A DNA stretch of 63,405 bases, filler included, from Chrysochromulina tobinii (GCA_001275005.1; 7 parts of 7 records of this genome joined end to end with filler, not necessarily neighbours in it); one strand, 5' to 3'; positions 21,501 to 34,217 are shown, numbered from the whole stretch's first letter. Numbers and translations: made by a program. The notes: generated by a model from the letters alone, not told the origin.

Positions 21501-24500
21501 GCCGCTGCCGTCGACGTCCAAGCTCTTGAAGGCACGCCCGAGCGCCTCCACGCCCGCGCCGCCAAAGTACTTTGCGAGCGCCAGCTGGTTCCTTGCCACG
21601 CCTTTGCCCCACTCCTTCTTGTCGACGGTGCCGCTGCCGTCCTTGTCAAGCGCTATGAAGAGCGCCCGGAGCTCGCGGAGCGCCGCGCCCTCCTGGAGCG
21701 GCGCATCCTCAGCCATCCCTAATTTGGAAGAGCCGAGCTGCGTCGTCTCCGGTGCGAGGGCATGCTGCCTCTTGACCTCGACCACCCGGTGGACCGCCTT
21801 GCGCCGGCGCACACCCGCCTGCACTTTGGTGGCTGCCACGCGCTGGGTGCTCGCGACGCTCGTCGGCAGCGCCACCGTGTTGGTACGCCACGTTGCGAGG
21901 GCGCGCAAGAGTGTGACGCCCGCGCGCTGCTTGAGCACCGACTCGAGCTTCCCCACAGCCGCGACGAGCTTGACCTCAAGCGCCGCGATACCTGCCGGTA
22001 CAACGGCCGCCTCGGTGTGAACGTTCACACCTCCGGGTAGCTCCCAAGCCTTACCGGTACCACTCGCACTGCTGCCGGCGCTCGGGTGGCAGATGGAGTC
22101 CACGTGGGCGGCCGCCACGTACGCAGCTGCCTGCTGGCGCGAGAAGCGCTCCGGCGGCGGCTTCGACGGCCGCGGCGGCGCGCTTTTGGCCACAGCGGCC
22201 CGCGCGCCAACCTCAATCTCCTGCCAGCTCAGGTCGCCGCTGCCGTCGACGTCCAGGCTCTTGAAGGCACGCCCGAGCGCCTCCACGCCCGCGCCGCCAA
22301 AGTACTTTGCGAGCGCGAGCTGGTTCCTTGCCACGCCTTTGCCCCACTCCTTCTTGTCGACGGTGCCGCTGCCGTCCTTGTCAAGCGCTATGAAGAGCGC
22401 CCGGAGCTCGCGGAAGGCGGCATCTACCGGCAGACTGATCGAATTCTGGCGGCGCAACGCGACCTGCCGCTGAGCGCTCGCCTGGCGTTGGCGCGACTGT
22501 ATTTTGATGGTGGCGGCGGCCTGGCGACGCTGTACGGCCAGCGCCGTGCCCTGTGCGTCAACAACGCTGTTGCTGCTGTTGCTGCTGGTGCTGGTGCTGG
22601 TGCTGCTACTCGGCGCCGTCGTGGACGCCGCCGTGGGCGCCGTCGTGCGCACCGGGGTGGCGCTCGGCTGCTTGAGCGCCTGGAGCTCGCGAGATTTCGA
22701 GTCGAGCTCGGACTGCGTGCGCGCGAGCGACGCTCGGATTGCCTGCAGCTCCCGCTCCTTCCACAGGAGTGCCTCGTCATCGGGAGGCGCCGTCGTGAGC
22801 CGAGGCGGGCTGGCGGATCGAGGGCTTGTCAAGCGCGGGCTCCCTCCTCGCGGCTCCTCCGAAGGGGCTCTGGCGGGGCGCGGTGAGGGCGGGCGGGCGG
22901 GGCGCTCTTGGGGCAGTGGGTCAGCGGGCGGCTCAGCGGCGGTTGTCACGGCAGGCTGCGGCTCGGGCGCGCGGCGCAGGCCGAGCGTGAGCACGGTCAG
23001 CTCGGGGACGAGCTCTGCTGACCAGTCAAAGGCCTCTCCAGGCTTGTCGTTGATGACGACGATGACGTCGTACAGGCACAGCAGCCCTCGTTTGAGCGCG
23101 AGGGCGGCGGGCGTGTCGGGGTCCACTGCGGAGATCGAGCACGAGTTTGTCGACTCATCGACACACAGCTGAAGACCAAACCCCTCCTCAACTGACCGTT
23201 CGAGACGCACGAAGAAGAGGCCCCGTTGACCCCACCCTGGCAACGGGTCGACTTCCATCGCCATCGAGCGGCGCGGGGGTGGCGGGGGCAGTGAGGGAGG
23301 GGCGGCGGCCAAGGGTACGTACGGGTACTGCTTGCCGGCAGTGGCGGCGCTCACGGCGCCGCCGGCAGCTTTCGGCGGCTCGGCGATGCGTTCAAAGATG
23401 GGGCCCGCGCCGTGGTGAGCACTGGCATGCAGTCCAGCGATGGCACCCGCGCCAGCATCGGCGGTGGCAGTGGCAGGTGCGGCAGGTGCGGCAGCGGCAG
23501 GTGCGCCTGTGTCGGCCGAGGCGGGCGTGGGCGGAGAGGCGCCCACAGACGGGAGCGAGGGGGCACCGTTGTGAGCGAGCGAGGGGGCGGCACCTTCGTG
23601 AGTGCTGACGGCCAGCTTGGCCGGCGCCGGCTGCTGGCGCAACAGCCCAAGGGCGATGCGCGTCGTGTCGGGCGACGCGAGCAGTTCGACCAGGTGCTCA
23701 GGCCCGTCGAGCAGCACGCCATTCGCTGCGACGAGGCGGTCCTCGGGAAGGATGCCACCGAGGTCCGCTGGCCCATTGGTTTCGACGCGATCCACCACGA
23801 TGGCGCTCGCCAGCTCTTCGTCGTCGTGATGGCGCTCCTCATCGTCGTCTTGGCGCTTCTCGATGAATAGGCCGAGGCTCTCACCGATGGCACGCCGGAG
23901 GAGAGCGACATCATACGTAGCGTCCCCGTACCCGCCGGCCGCATCGAGCTTCGCCTCGGCCAGTACGCGGGGACCGAGGGCTCGGGTCGCTTCCACAAGG
24001 CGTAAGCCATCGTCCTCGAGTGCGGGCGACCCCTCGGGCTGGGGACCGTGTGACGCGTCCCCGCGGGCGAGGATGAAGGTCGCGACGAGCTGCCGCCGCA
24101 GGCTGTCGCGAAAGTCGGTCTCGTCAGCGACGCGCCGCCCGTTGATGGCGAGGACGACGTCGCCCTTGGCGAGCCTCATCGGGTGCTCGCCGGCGGGCGT
24201 GCCGGGGTGCACCGCGAGGAGGCGGATGGAGCCAGTCTGATCCTGCTCGAGGTCCAGTCCGAATGGCTCGCCGTCCTTGCGCACGAGCGTGGCCGTGTAC
24301 GTAGGGAAGCCGTGCGAGTCCTCTTCAAGCCCTTCGGGTATGCTCGTATAAGCGCCGTGCCGAGCGATGCGCATGTGCGCGACGAGCTGGCCGGGCGGAA
24401 TCATCGCGACAAAGTCCGAATCGATCGTGACCGGCTGCCGGTTGATCGCCTCGACACGGTCCCCTAACAGAAGCCCGGCGCGGTGGGCGGCGAGGCCCGC

Positions 24501-26125
24501 GTCGATCTTCGACACGATGACGAAGCCCTGGAGATCGAGCTGGATTGTGAGACCAAAGCCCTCATCTGGGGACGATCTTTCCAGCCTGATCTCGAGCGCT
24601 TCCCAGGCATCGTCCCAGGAATCCTCGTCCCCTCTGTCGCCCTCCGCCTCCTCGTCCGCCTCCTTCTCCTCGGCCTCGAGCTCATCCTGATCTCCGGAGA
24701 TGTCCTCATGAGGAGATCGCAGCAGATGCAGCCGCACCGTCCGCACATCAGGGCTAAGCAAGCTCCCAAAATCAGTCTTCGAATCCACGGCGATGCCATT
24801 GATGGCTAGGATCCGGTCGAGCTCCTGCACGTTGTGCGCTTCGGCGATGGAGCCCGGCTTGACGCTCGAGACGACCACATGATGATCTGCATCGTACCCG
24901 ATCGCGAGGCCGAGGTCTTCCCCATGCTCACGGTGCAAGACCACCGCGACCGGCTGCGCGATCGGGGAGGCAAGGGGGGAGGCAAGGGGCCCCATCGGGA
25001 CCTTGACGACGGCGGAGGCGACTGGTAGCGGAGCCGATGGCTCCCTCGGTGGCTGAGCGCCGCCCTGAGCGCCGCTCCCGCCGCTCGCACCGCCCTCCTC
25101 CTCGATCAGGCGCGAGATGGTGAGTGTCACCTCCAGCCCCTCGTCCGCGAGGAGCTCGGCAAAGTTGGTGTGGGCCGAGGCGACACGGCGACGATCCGGA
25201 GGTCCCACGGCCACGACCTGGTCGTTGATCATGAGCTCGCCGCACCGGTCGGCGGGAGATCCCGGCGAGATCGAGAGCAGCAGGGCCGCGCCGTTCTCAT
25301 CGAAGCCCAGCCCGAGCCCAAGAGACTCGTGCTTCGAGCGGCGCGAGAGCGTCACATCAAAGACCATCTCATGCAACGAGTCGTCCTCCTCGTCCTCGTC
25401 GTCCTCGTCGTCCTCCTCGTCGGCAGGTCCCTCGTCCTCCGCCTCTAACGAGGTGTCGAGCTCACGACGCAGGGCTTCCAGCTGCCTGCGCTGTGGCGAA
25501 CCAAAGAGAAGCCTCCCCGCCTTCGCCGCCCCCTCTGCCTCCGGCGGCTCCTCCTCCGCCTCGGCCGCGGGCTCTTCGCCCACCTCAGCGCCGTCGTAAT
25601 CCACGCTCACCGGCGCGGGCCCCTTGTCGCGCAGCCAATCGAGGATCGCTTGGGGTGAGCCGGCGGCGTCGCTCGAGTGGGGAGACATGGGCGTGCTCGC
25701 CACCTCACGCGTCACCTCGAGCGTCACCCTAGTCACGTCCCTAGGCAGCAGCACGCTAAAATCGGACTGGGGGGTCACCGGCTGCCCATTGATCGCCACG
25801 ACGCGATCGCCTTCGAACAACTGACGGCAGCGCTCAGCTGGAGAGCCTTTGCTTATGGACGAGAGCACCGCCGCCTCGCCGTTGAATCCGATGCCCAATC
25901 CGAAGCCTTCGCGTGAGGCACGCTCGAGCGTCACGCGCAGCACCTCGACGACCGAATCGGGCGATGGAGGCAGCTCCGCCGGTAGGATCGTCAGTTCCAC
26001 GCTCTTCGCGTGCTCAGGCACCTGTGCGCCGAGAGTGCCGGGCTCGTGCCCGTTGATGGCGAGGAGCCGATCGAAGAGATGAATCTGACCGCTCGCCTCC
26101 GCGGGTGAGCCGCTCGTCACCTGCG

Positions 26126-26160
<35 letters not shown>

Positions 26161-27158
26161 CTTGAGGTAGGATGCTTCCAAATTAGGGAGCGAGCGAGAG
26201 CGAGAGATGCTCTCTGGGTATGCAAAAGGCGAGCATCTCAGGGCGCGTGAGGGGGGCGACGGAGGAGCCAGAAAAGGCGGGGGAGGGTGACGGAGAGATG
26301 CGGGGACAAGGGGTGCGTCTTGAGAGGGTGAGAGGAGAGCAAGGAAGAGAGGCGGAGGGGCGCGCTCTCGCGCGTTGAGCGCACCTCGCTGATGATCAGA
26401 GGCCCACCCTCCCCGTCCACGGACACTCCTAGCCCGAGGCTCTCGCCTGGATGGCGGTAGAGCACCACGAGCAGCGGCGAGCGCTTGGGTTCGGGCGCGC
26501 TCGCGCCTGCACTGATTCCTGCACTGCTCGCGCCTACGCTTCTTTTCGAGGAGCCCACGCCTGGGCTCGGCTCGGAGCCGCCCGACGGCGGCAACCCCCA
26601 TGTGCACGACATCTTGCGCTCGAGCCGCGGGGTGGGCTCGGCGGTGACGGTGATCGGTTCGCTCACCTCGATCAGGTACTGCAGGGTGGCGGTGTCGTTG
26701 CCAAAGCCGAGGAGTGGCGCCCAGACCTTGCTCACGCTCGCTGGACGGTCACCAATCGAGTGGAGTAGCTGCAGCAGCCGGACGAGCAGCGCGACGGCCT
26801 GCCCTTCCAGGTGCAGCCCTAGCAGGTCCTTGACTGCCGACGGGTTCTTCTTCCCGCTCTTGCGCAGGGCTTCCACCCCCTTCTTGACGGCGGCGGCGTT
26901 GCGCTTGTTCACGAGCGACGGCTTCAGCTCCGCGCATGTGACTTTGAGCGCGCAGCAGCATTTGCCGATGTCAAGCTCGCTCAGCGCGGCGCTGCCGCTG
27001 CTCGCAGCGGCCTTGAGCACTTCTTGGCGGTCGGCTGTGCTGATCGGCTTCAAGGGGCCCGCGAGCTCGAACAGATGCGGCAGCGTCCCGATCTGGGTAC
27101 GGGCTCTGGCGTTGCACATGCAGTCCACCAGCTTGAGCATCATCGTCAACTCCGACAT
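18594..27158 (-). CDS. Giant scaffold protein: RhoGAP-like N-terminus, 8 PDZ domains, IQ motifs, two EF-hand pairs, C-terminal WD40 propeller
   Basis: Exons 27158-26385, 26120-19781, 19648-19014 and 18845-18594 splice in frame. Eight (F/L)GL carboxylate-loop PDZ starts with GD.I.AING-type motifs; DKDGSGTVDKKE and DVDGSGDLSWQE twice; IQSRQR and VQAGVR; repeated SGS.D.T.R.WD motifs. Confidence 0.88.
18859..19009. repeat. Intronic 29-bp tandem repeat (TCGCAATCAGATGCCATCAGTCCGATCCG) x5
   Basis: Directly visible; lies inside intron 18846-19013. Confidence 0.9.
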
Positions 27159-27450
27159 GGTGCGAGGAGTCGCACGCTTTCTCTCCACTCCTGTCTGGTG
27201 CCTACCTTCGCGTACCTCTATGCCAAATTTTTCGTGGCGACGCCAATGACTTCCCTCATCAAGGAGAGGCCGAGCGGCGTCGTTTCCTTTCAATCGCCGC
27301 TCGCGGCAGCGGCCCTCCGCTTGTGGGGCGTGCACTCACATCCCCCACCTACAAATCGCGGTGGGAAACAGAGAGATTTTTTGGCTGGTGAGCGCTGTGG
27401 CGGCGCTCATTAGTGGCATGCACGGAGCTGCTTAATTCTGTTATCTCCCG

Positions 27451-29362
27451 CTACCTTCGCCCCTTGCCCGTGGCGTCCAGCCACCAGTCGAGCGGGCCGT
27501 ACTCGTCTGCATGCGAGTACTCATACCTGTAGAACAGGCGACTGATGGCGTGCGCGGCGGCGGCCACGGCCGCCGCGCCGAGGATCATCGTGGTTCTCTC
27601 CGGCGCGCCCTGCGGCACCCATACGATGCTCGCCGCCACGACGGCGCCGGCGGCGTACTTGGCTGTCTCGAGCTGGCGCAGCGCGGCCTGGCACTGGCTG
27701 CAGTGCTTCGTGTGCGCGTGCCACATGTCATAAATGTCCTCGGAGCCCTGTGGCGCCAGCACGTCGTCGCAGGCCCATGGGATACCTCCTCCGCCGTGCC
27801 GGCGCAGCCACTGGCGGAACGAGACGACGCCCTTGTCGGAGGAGGTGGGGCAAAAGGCGAGCTGGTCGTATTGCATGCGCACGCCCGAATGGCTCCCTAA
27901 TTTGGAAGAGTCCGAGAGGCCGATGCTGCCGCCGCTGCTGCCGCTGCTGCCGCCGCTGCTGCTCTCACCAACGCTGCCGCTGCTGCCACCGCTGCTGCCT
28001 CCGTTGCCGCCGCCGCCGCCGCCGCTGCTGCTGCTGCCGATCAAGCCGTCGCCAAGGGCGCTGCGGCGTGCAAAGTTGTACCCTTTGGCACGCATCGTGC
28101 GGCTTTGCCCATAGAGCAGCCCAGCGTCCTGATGGAGCACGACCGAGGAGAGCACGTGGCCTACCCAGGGAGGCAGCGGGTAGTTGATGAAGATGGCCAG
28201 AGCCCTCTCCGCGAGGGTCGAGCCTAACGTCGCCTCGTCGTCGAGCAGCACGTTCGCGAGAGGGCGCACCTGCGATCAGAGGCCATCAGAGGTCATCAGA
28301 GGCCATCAGAGGCCATCAGAGGCCATCAGAGGCCATCAGAGGCCATCAGAGGCCATCAGAGGCCATCAGAGGGTAACCATCGGGCAATCGGATGCAATCA
28401 GGGCACTCAGAAAGCAATCAGAGGGCCAGGGCCAGCAGAGGCCCTCTCACCCAGCCAGGCTTTGTCGGCACGCAGTACGTGGCGATCACCAATGAGCGCC
28501 CAAAGGGCATCGCGGCGAAGTTTGGCAGGTACTTGACGAGGCACGGCGGCTTGAACTCGAGCCGGCCGAGCTCGCCGTCGATGGCGAAGCCCTCGGTCAG
28601 GCTGATCGGCTGGCTCAGCGCCATCTGGTACGGCTTTGGGTCCTCGTATCTGTTGCCGAGCGTGCCGTGATGTGCGGAGCAAAAGTGCGCCGGATCGAGC
28701 GTGTTCTCGACCATGGCGTCCCAGCTGCAAGGGAAATCGCGCACGCCGGCTGGGATCTTCCACTTCCAACGGCCGGCGAGCTCGGGCTGGTGCAGCTCGT
28801 CGATCAGTGGCATCGCCACGTTGGCGCTCGCATCCAACCCCAACACGCCGCCTACCGGGAAGACCCAAAGAAGACCATCGGCCACGCGCGTCGGGTACGC
28901 GTTGCAAGTGGCGCGGCAGCTTTGCTTGAGGCGCTCGGCCTTGCTCGGCGGCGCGTACGGCATCTCGGCGCACGCGCCGGAGCCATCGAAGCGCCAGCCA
29001 TGGTACGAACAGAGCAGGTTGCCATCGGCCTCTATGCGGCCCTCAGAAAGCGGACCCAGACGGTGCGGGCAAGCATCTTCGAAGACGCGCCACGCTCCCT
29101 CTTGCTTAACGCCACCGATAGTCTCGCCATCGTTCCAAGCCACAAGGTTGAGGCCGAGCAGTTGCATCGCGTGGGGGCGCGATGGGTCCATCGTCTCGAT
29201 GACGTTGACGGGGTACCACTGAGAGAACCAGTCGAAGCTCGTGGATGCCGGCGTAGTCGGTATCGCAGTGGCCTCGAGAGCGAACAAGCGCCCAGCGCGC
29301 GGCACCGCGGACGAACGTGACGCCAAGGGGGTGTAGCCCAGGTGGAGCAACATAGTCAACAT
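27451..29362 (-). CDS. Pheophorbide a oxygenase-family Rieske non-heme iron oxygenase (PAO/PTC52/TIC55-like), probably plastid-targeted
   Basis: Exons 29362-28451 and 28269-27451 (the intron carries (GGCCATCAGA)n). Rieske CPHRLGPLSEG...CSYHGWRFDG, mononuclear Fe site ENTLDPAHF..AH, C-terminal HTKHCSQC and two hydrophobic helices. Confidence 0.92.
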
Positions 29363-29498
29363 GACGCGGGGATTGCGCCAGCCCAACCCACAGCGCCAAG
29401 TTCCATCAAGCTTTCCTGGAAATTTCTCGAAGTGACCGCAGAAATGCTGATTAAGTTTGGACTGGGAAAAGGTGGAAAAAATCCAGGGAGCAAGAGGA

Positions 29499-30476
29499 CT
29501 ACACATGTGCTCGCACTATCGTGTCGAGCTGCCCCCTGGACTTCAGATCGGCCGCAATGGTGTGCCCGCTCCCTTGATGCACCTGCACTGCCACCGTCCA
29601 TGATGTGGCCTCACGTGGAGCGGCCCTCTGGGCTTGTGAGATGGCGAGCTCGAGGAGGCGCGCCTCCCGCACATCGGAGCCCGCCAGCTCGCCTACGTGC
29701 ACCTCCACATGCAGCTCCACTAGCGCGTGGGGCCCACCCAGCTGTGCGTCACTGATCGCTCGAGACGCCAGGTGCACCAGCGAATGGAGCGGCAGGTTGA
29801 GAGCGAGCGCGGCGAAGTGCAGCCGGTCGAGTGCTGGATTGAATGACACGGGCGGCAAGCCTATTGCAGCGCGCTCGGAAGGATCGATGAATACCTGCGG
29901 CCCGAAGGCGATCACAACTACGGACTTGAGACGGTTTGGAGCCGGAGCGGAGGCGTCGGTTGAGGTGCGTCTGCCGAGGGCGATTCCACACCGTATGGCA
30001 GCGTAGCCACCCATACTTGCGCCGACGCATACCACCCTCGATGGTTTGAGGCGCTCAATTTCAAACATGACGAGGGATAGCACGGATTCAAAGGCAGTGT
30101 CAGCGCGCAAAAACCAGGCCTGCAGAGGGTCACAGAGGAAGAGGGCGTGGGACACGCCTGCACGCTTTGCTGTCCCACAAAACTCCTGCTGTCGATGACC
30201 GCTCTCTGTGAGGCTGCAAAATGATATGAATAAGGTCTCGCAGCTCGTCTCTTGCATGTCACGCATGACCAGGTCGTCCGGGTAGCCCAGCTTCAGATCT
30301 CTCTTTAGCGCAGACTTAATTTTTGGTGGAGCGACGGGCAGCACACCATCGGCGACCACACGCAGCGCTTTCTCCAGTTGCGCCAGGCTCAAAGGGTCTG
30401 GAAGAGGACTATGCTCAAACTCGTCGAGGAATGCATCCATGTCGTCGGAGGACTCGCCGTTCTCGCTCGGATGCAT
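29499..30476 (-). CDS. Alpha/beta-hydrolase fold protein
   Basis: Nucleophile elbow VCVGASMGGYAA, IAFGPQ, and a C-terminal His in QGSGHTIA. Confidence 0.75.
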   Translation of the reverse strand: MHPSENGESSDDMDAFLDEFEHSPLPDPLSLAQLEKALRVVADGVLPVAPPKIKSALKRDLKLGYPDDLVMRDMQETSCETLFISFCSLTESGHRQQEFCGTAKRAGVSHALFLCDPLQAWFLRADTAFESVLSLVMFEIERLKPSRVVCVGASMGGYAAIRCGIALGRRTSTDASAPAPNRLKSVVVIAFGPQVFIDPSERAAIGLPPVSFNPALDRLHFAALALNLPLHSLVHLASRAISDAQLGGPHALVELHVEVHVGELAGSDVREARLLELAISQAQRAAPREATSWTVAVQVHQGSGHTIAADLKSRGQLDTIVRAHV

Positions 30477-31007
30477 CGCCACAGCTCCACGTGTGATCGC
30501 GGTGTGCGCCCGAGCCCGACGTTGGGTTTCAGACTGCCCGCCGGCTTGACCCCAACAGGTTTAAGCCCAAGGTCACCGCTGCTTCTGTGCGGGGTGTGCG
30601 GCTGTCGTGACGATTCCGGGGTCTGCTGCTGTGAAACTTAAACCATGGCTGTGAAACACTCTCCGGACCCCCAAGCACGGGGGCCTCTGTCGCAATTGAC
30701 GGAGGTGTGACCGACGGGGCCGTCTACGACAACACATCCGGGGTGAGAGAGAGATGAAAGTTCAGTAGTTTGGATATTATTTTATTTTCGAGAGATGTGG
30801 TGAGACGGCGCGGGGGGACCGCGACATAACTGAATGACTGAGTGAGTGCGCTACTATGTAACGCGAGAGTAAACTTGAGCGCGGGGGGAACGCGCGTGAC
30901 GAAACTGACTGACTACTTGAAACGTGTACTGAGCCCTGAGCTCCAAGAGTGTATGGACCCAAACGAAGGGAGCGCTGCTACGGGCGCACGTGGTCGGATG
31001 AGCCGCG

Positions 31008-31107
31008 NNNNNNNNNNNNNNNNNNNNNNNNNNNNNNNNNNNNNNNNNNNNTTAATTAATTAANNNNNNNNNNNNNNNNNNNNNNNNNNNNNNNNNNNNN
31101 NNNNNNN
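31008..31107. other. Artificial contig-join spacer
   Basis: 44 N + TTAATTAATTAA + 44 N. Confidence 0.99.
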
Positions 31108-32141
31108 GGCAGGCGCGGCTCATCCGCTGCAGGCGCCACCGCGGGCGCAAGCGCAGCTGGCGCGGACGCGGGCGCGGGCGGCGCAGGCGGCTCGAACGGC
31201 GCCTCAGGTTCGAGCGCCTCAGACCCGAGCGCCTCCGACTCGAGCGCCTCCGACGCTGGGAAGACCGACGATTGAGCGATTGAGGCCTCATCGCCGTACG
31301 ACGAGATATATGTGTCGGCCGCCGCGGACTTGGCCGCCAGGCTGCTCGCCTCATCGTCCTCGTAGCCCCGTGGCGGCGGGCTCATGCTGCCCTCGCGCAG
31401 CTCCATCAACTGCCGCTGCAGCGCCGCCGCTTCAGCGCGCCAGTCTTGATCTGCTTGCTCGAGTTGCGAGCGCTCCGCCTGTCGCGCAGCCGCTGTCTCC
31501 GCTTGCAGCTCGGCGAGCTTCGCCTGCAGCGCCGCCATCTCGTCGCGCCATGGCTCGGGCTGGGGCGGCTCGGGCTCCGGCTCGTCCTCCTGCAGCCCCG
31601 CCGCGTTGCTCCGGCTCGTGCGCAACTCCTCCTCGGGAGGAAATGGTGCGTCGTCGCCGCCAAAGCGGAGCGGCCGCTCCAGAGCGGTCGGCCGGTCGAA
31701 GAAGCCGGGAATGGGCACCGCGCCGCTGGGGAGCTGCGGCGGCGGCGGCTTGGGCTTGCGCCGCTGCTCGCTGACGCCCGCGCCCTCGGCCGAGTAGTTC
31801 CACCCTTCTCCGGCTCGCTTGCGCGGCGACGCTTGTTCCTTAGCCGACATGGCCTCCACAATCCAGATCCGCGAGTCGAAGCCAAAGCGGACGTTATCGC
31901 CGTGCATGAGCACCTCGCGCTGGCCCTTGAGCCGCACGTTGTTGATGAAGCATCCATTGAGCGATGCCAGGTCACGAAGCACGGCCTGCTTATCGTTGAC
32001 ATCGATCTCCGCGTGATCACCCGACACGCTCCGGCTCTTGAGCGAGAGATCGCAGTCCGGCCTACGGCCGATGCGGTGCGTGCGGCCCGAGATGAGCGGC
32101 AGTGCCTGCATGTCGTTGCGCAGGTAGCCCCATGTGGCCAT
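31108..32141 (-). CDS. FHA-domain protein with coiled-coil, 3'-truncated
   Basis: FHA signature IGR...SVSGDHA...DLASLNGCFIN...GDNVRFG; ATG at 32141; the frame runs into the contig end. Confidence 0.88.
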
Positions 32142-32364
32142 GATGGCGGCCGGTCCCGCGCTCCAATGCGCCGTTGGAGAACGCGTGAACAGGAGAGCGC
32201 GCTTCGCGCGCGCGCTGCGCTGCGCTCTGGTCTTTCCTGAGGGGGGAACCGCCTCTCGACGTTGAGATCCGAGCCACAACGAGGCGGCACTGGCAATCGC
32301 CCGTTTTTATGATTGCAGGACAATCAACTGGACAATCCTTCCTTTTCGGTGTTCCCGCGCCCGA

Positions 32365-33330
32365 ATGGCGACCAGCGGCGCGACACGCCTCTTCCTCACG
32401 CCGGCCGACCTCGGCGGCGCGACGCTTACGCGCGTGGCGCATCCTCGCACCGGCCACACCATCTCCATCATGAGGGCTGGCGACGCTCTGCTCGAGATCC
32501 AAAAGTGGTCTGGCGGGGACAAAGCCTCCTGGATGCTTGCGGGTGCTGAGCGGGTGCTGAGCGAGGGCGTCCTCTTCGTGGCGACGCCAATCGACCCGCT
32601 ATTCCTGCTGCTGCCGCACCTTCAGGGCGATGTGCGCTACTTTCGCCCATTGAGTGACTGCCTCTCTGGCTCGGCCGACGAGGCTGCGCTGGAGCTCACG
32701 GCTCTTTCGCTGCCCTCCATCGGCAAGCGCCTGCGTGCGGTGTGCGACGTCAAGGACGACTACGACGAACCGATGGTGCGCCTCAACGAAGCCAAGCTGC
32801 TCGCTTGGCTCAGGCGCAAGACCGACGCCGTGCGCGCGCACCTTGCGAGCGACGCGCAGATCGCCAAGCTCGCCAAGGAGCGGCACCATGGGGCCATCGA
32901 GAGCCAATTCGAAGGTGGGAACGTGCCCTTTGGCGCGGGCGCGGCGAGCCACGACGCCGATGGGCCCGACCAGGAGTGGCTCGAGCACGCGATCGCGCTT
33001 GTCGCCGAGTACCTCGCACCAGCGCTGCAGACGACGCTGTGCAACGCGATGGCAGTTGCAGAGGTGCGCGTGGCGTCGCTCCGTGGAGATGCGAAGAAGG
33101 AGAAGGCGCCGGCAGAGCCCGCACTCCAACCAAGTGAGAGCTGGGCGAGCCAGGGCAGCAGCTCCGCCGCCAGCGGCGCCTCGACGAACCGCGACGACCG
33201 CAACGAGAACGAGGCGCCCGCGGCAAAGAAGCCAAAGATCGCGCCCATCGCCAAAGCGGCCAAGCTTGGCGCGCAGCCGCTCAAAAAGGGGCAGACAATG
33301 ATGACGGGCTTCTTCGCAAAGCCCAAGTGA
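32365..33330 (+). CDS. RNASEH2B: Ribonuclease H2 subunit B
   Basis: SW...V.SEG.LFVATPIDPLFLLLP, RLNEAKLLAWLRRK, and a C-terminal PIP box QTMMTGFF. Confidence 0.9.
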   Translation: MATSGATRLFLTPADLGGATLTRVAHPRTGHTISIMRAGDALLEIQKWSGGDKASWMLAGAERVLSEGVLFVATPIDPLFLLLPHLQGDVRYFRPLSDCLSGSADEAALELTALSLPSIGKRLRAVCDVKDDYDEPMVRLNEAKLLAWLRRKTDAVRAHLASDAQIAKLAKERHHGAIESQFEGGNVPFGAGAASHDADGPDQEWLEHAIALVAEYLAPALQTTLCNAMAVAEVRVASLRGDAKKEKAPAEPALQPSESWASQGSSSAASGASTNRDDRNENEAPAAKKPKIAPIAKAAKLGAQPLKKGQTMMTGFFAKPK

Positions 33331-33600
33331 GGCAGGGGTGCTCGAAGCGCTTCAATTCAGGGGCTTCACCACGCCACCTCGTGATATACTCTCGTTGCCG
33401 GTTGTGGGACAGTTATACACCGAAACGGCTCGCAATCGCTGAGCGCTCCACTGGTCCGCACACATGCGCGATGCAACAATACACGTGCTCGTCGGCGTGT
33501 ACGCCACGTAGAAAAGTTTGTCTTTTTTCTCACCGGACCGTACCTAACGAGGCGGGCGCGACCCGACCATCGGGCGGGCTCTAGAGACGAGCAACGCGCG

Positions 33601-34083
33601 TAGAGTTTGCTAACGTTAACGAAGAGGAAAACAGTGTTGAAGTGTTGAACAGTAACAACAGAACAACAACAGAAAGTCGGAACAACAGAATGTGAACAGA
33701 ACGAAAATTATCTTAACGTTAACAGCAGAACGAGAGGAAATTCACACGAATTCACTTGGCGCGAACGTGCACGAACGTTGCCTCACGCGTTGAGCCATGG
33801 GCAAGCTCAACGTCAACGTCAACGTCAACTAGCCGGCGAGGGGCTGAGTTGTACCCCCGCTTAATTCACAGCCGTCGCCCTTCTGTTCATGTGTCTGAGC
33901 CTGTGTGAATGTGACTGTGAGTCTGTGTGGGAACACAGCCAGCTTTCGTTGCGGGTTGGCGGACGTGAACAACGTTTAAACAACGTTAACAACACTAACG
34001 GCTGCTGAACATTAAACAACATTAGGACTTAAAAAAAACACTAAGCCAACGTTAGGAGTCAACATTAACGTTAGCAAACTCTA
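33601..34083. mobile_element. MITE (non-autonomous DNA transposon), 483 bp
   Basis: Perfect 19-bp inverted repeats TAGAGTTTGCTAACGTTAA (33601-33619) / TTAACGTTAGCAAACTCTA (34065-34083); non-coding interior rich in AACGTT/AAC motifs. The outer TA may be a TA target-site duplication. Confidence 0.88.
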
Positions 34084-34114
34084 GGTGTCAGCAATGAATG
34101 AGTAATCTTCTATT

Positions 34115-34217
34115 CCAGGGGCTGCCGCCCCCAGACCCCCGCTTTTCTTTCCCAGGGGCTGCCGCCCCCGGACCCCCGCTTTTCTTTCCCAGGGGCTGCC
34201 GCCCCTGGAACCCCGCT
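34115..34217. repeat. Three tandem copies of the hairpin CCAGGGGCTGCCGCCCC..GACCCCCGC
   Basis: Copies at ~34115, ~34152 and ~34189. Confidence 0.85.
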
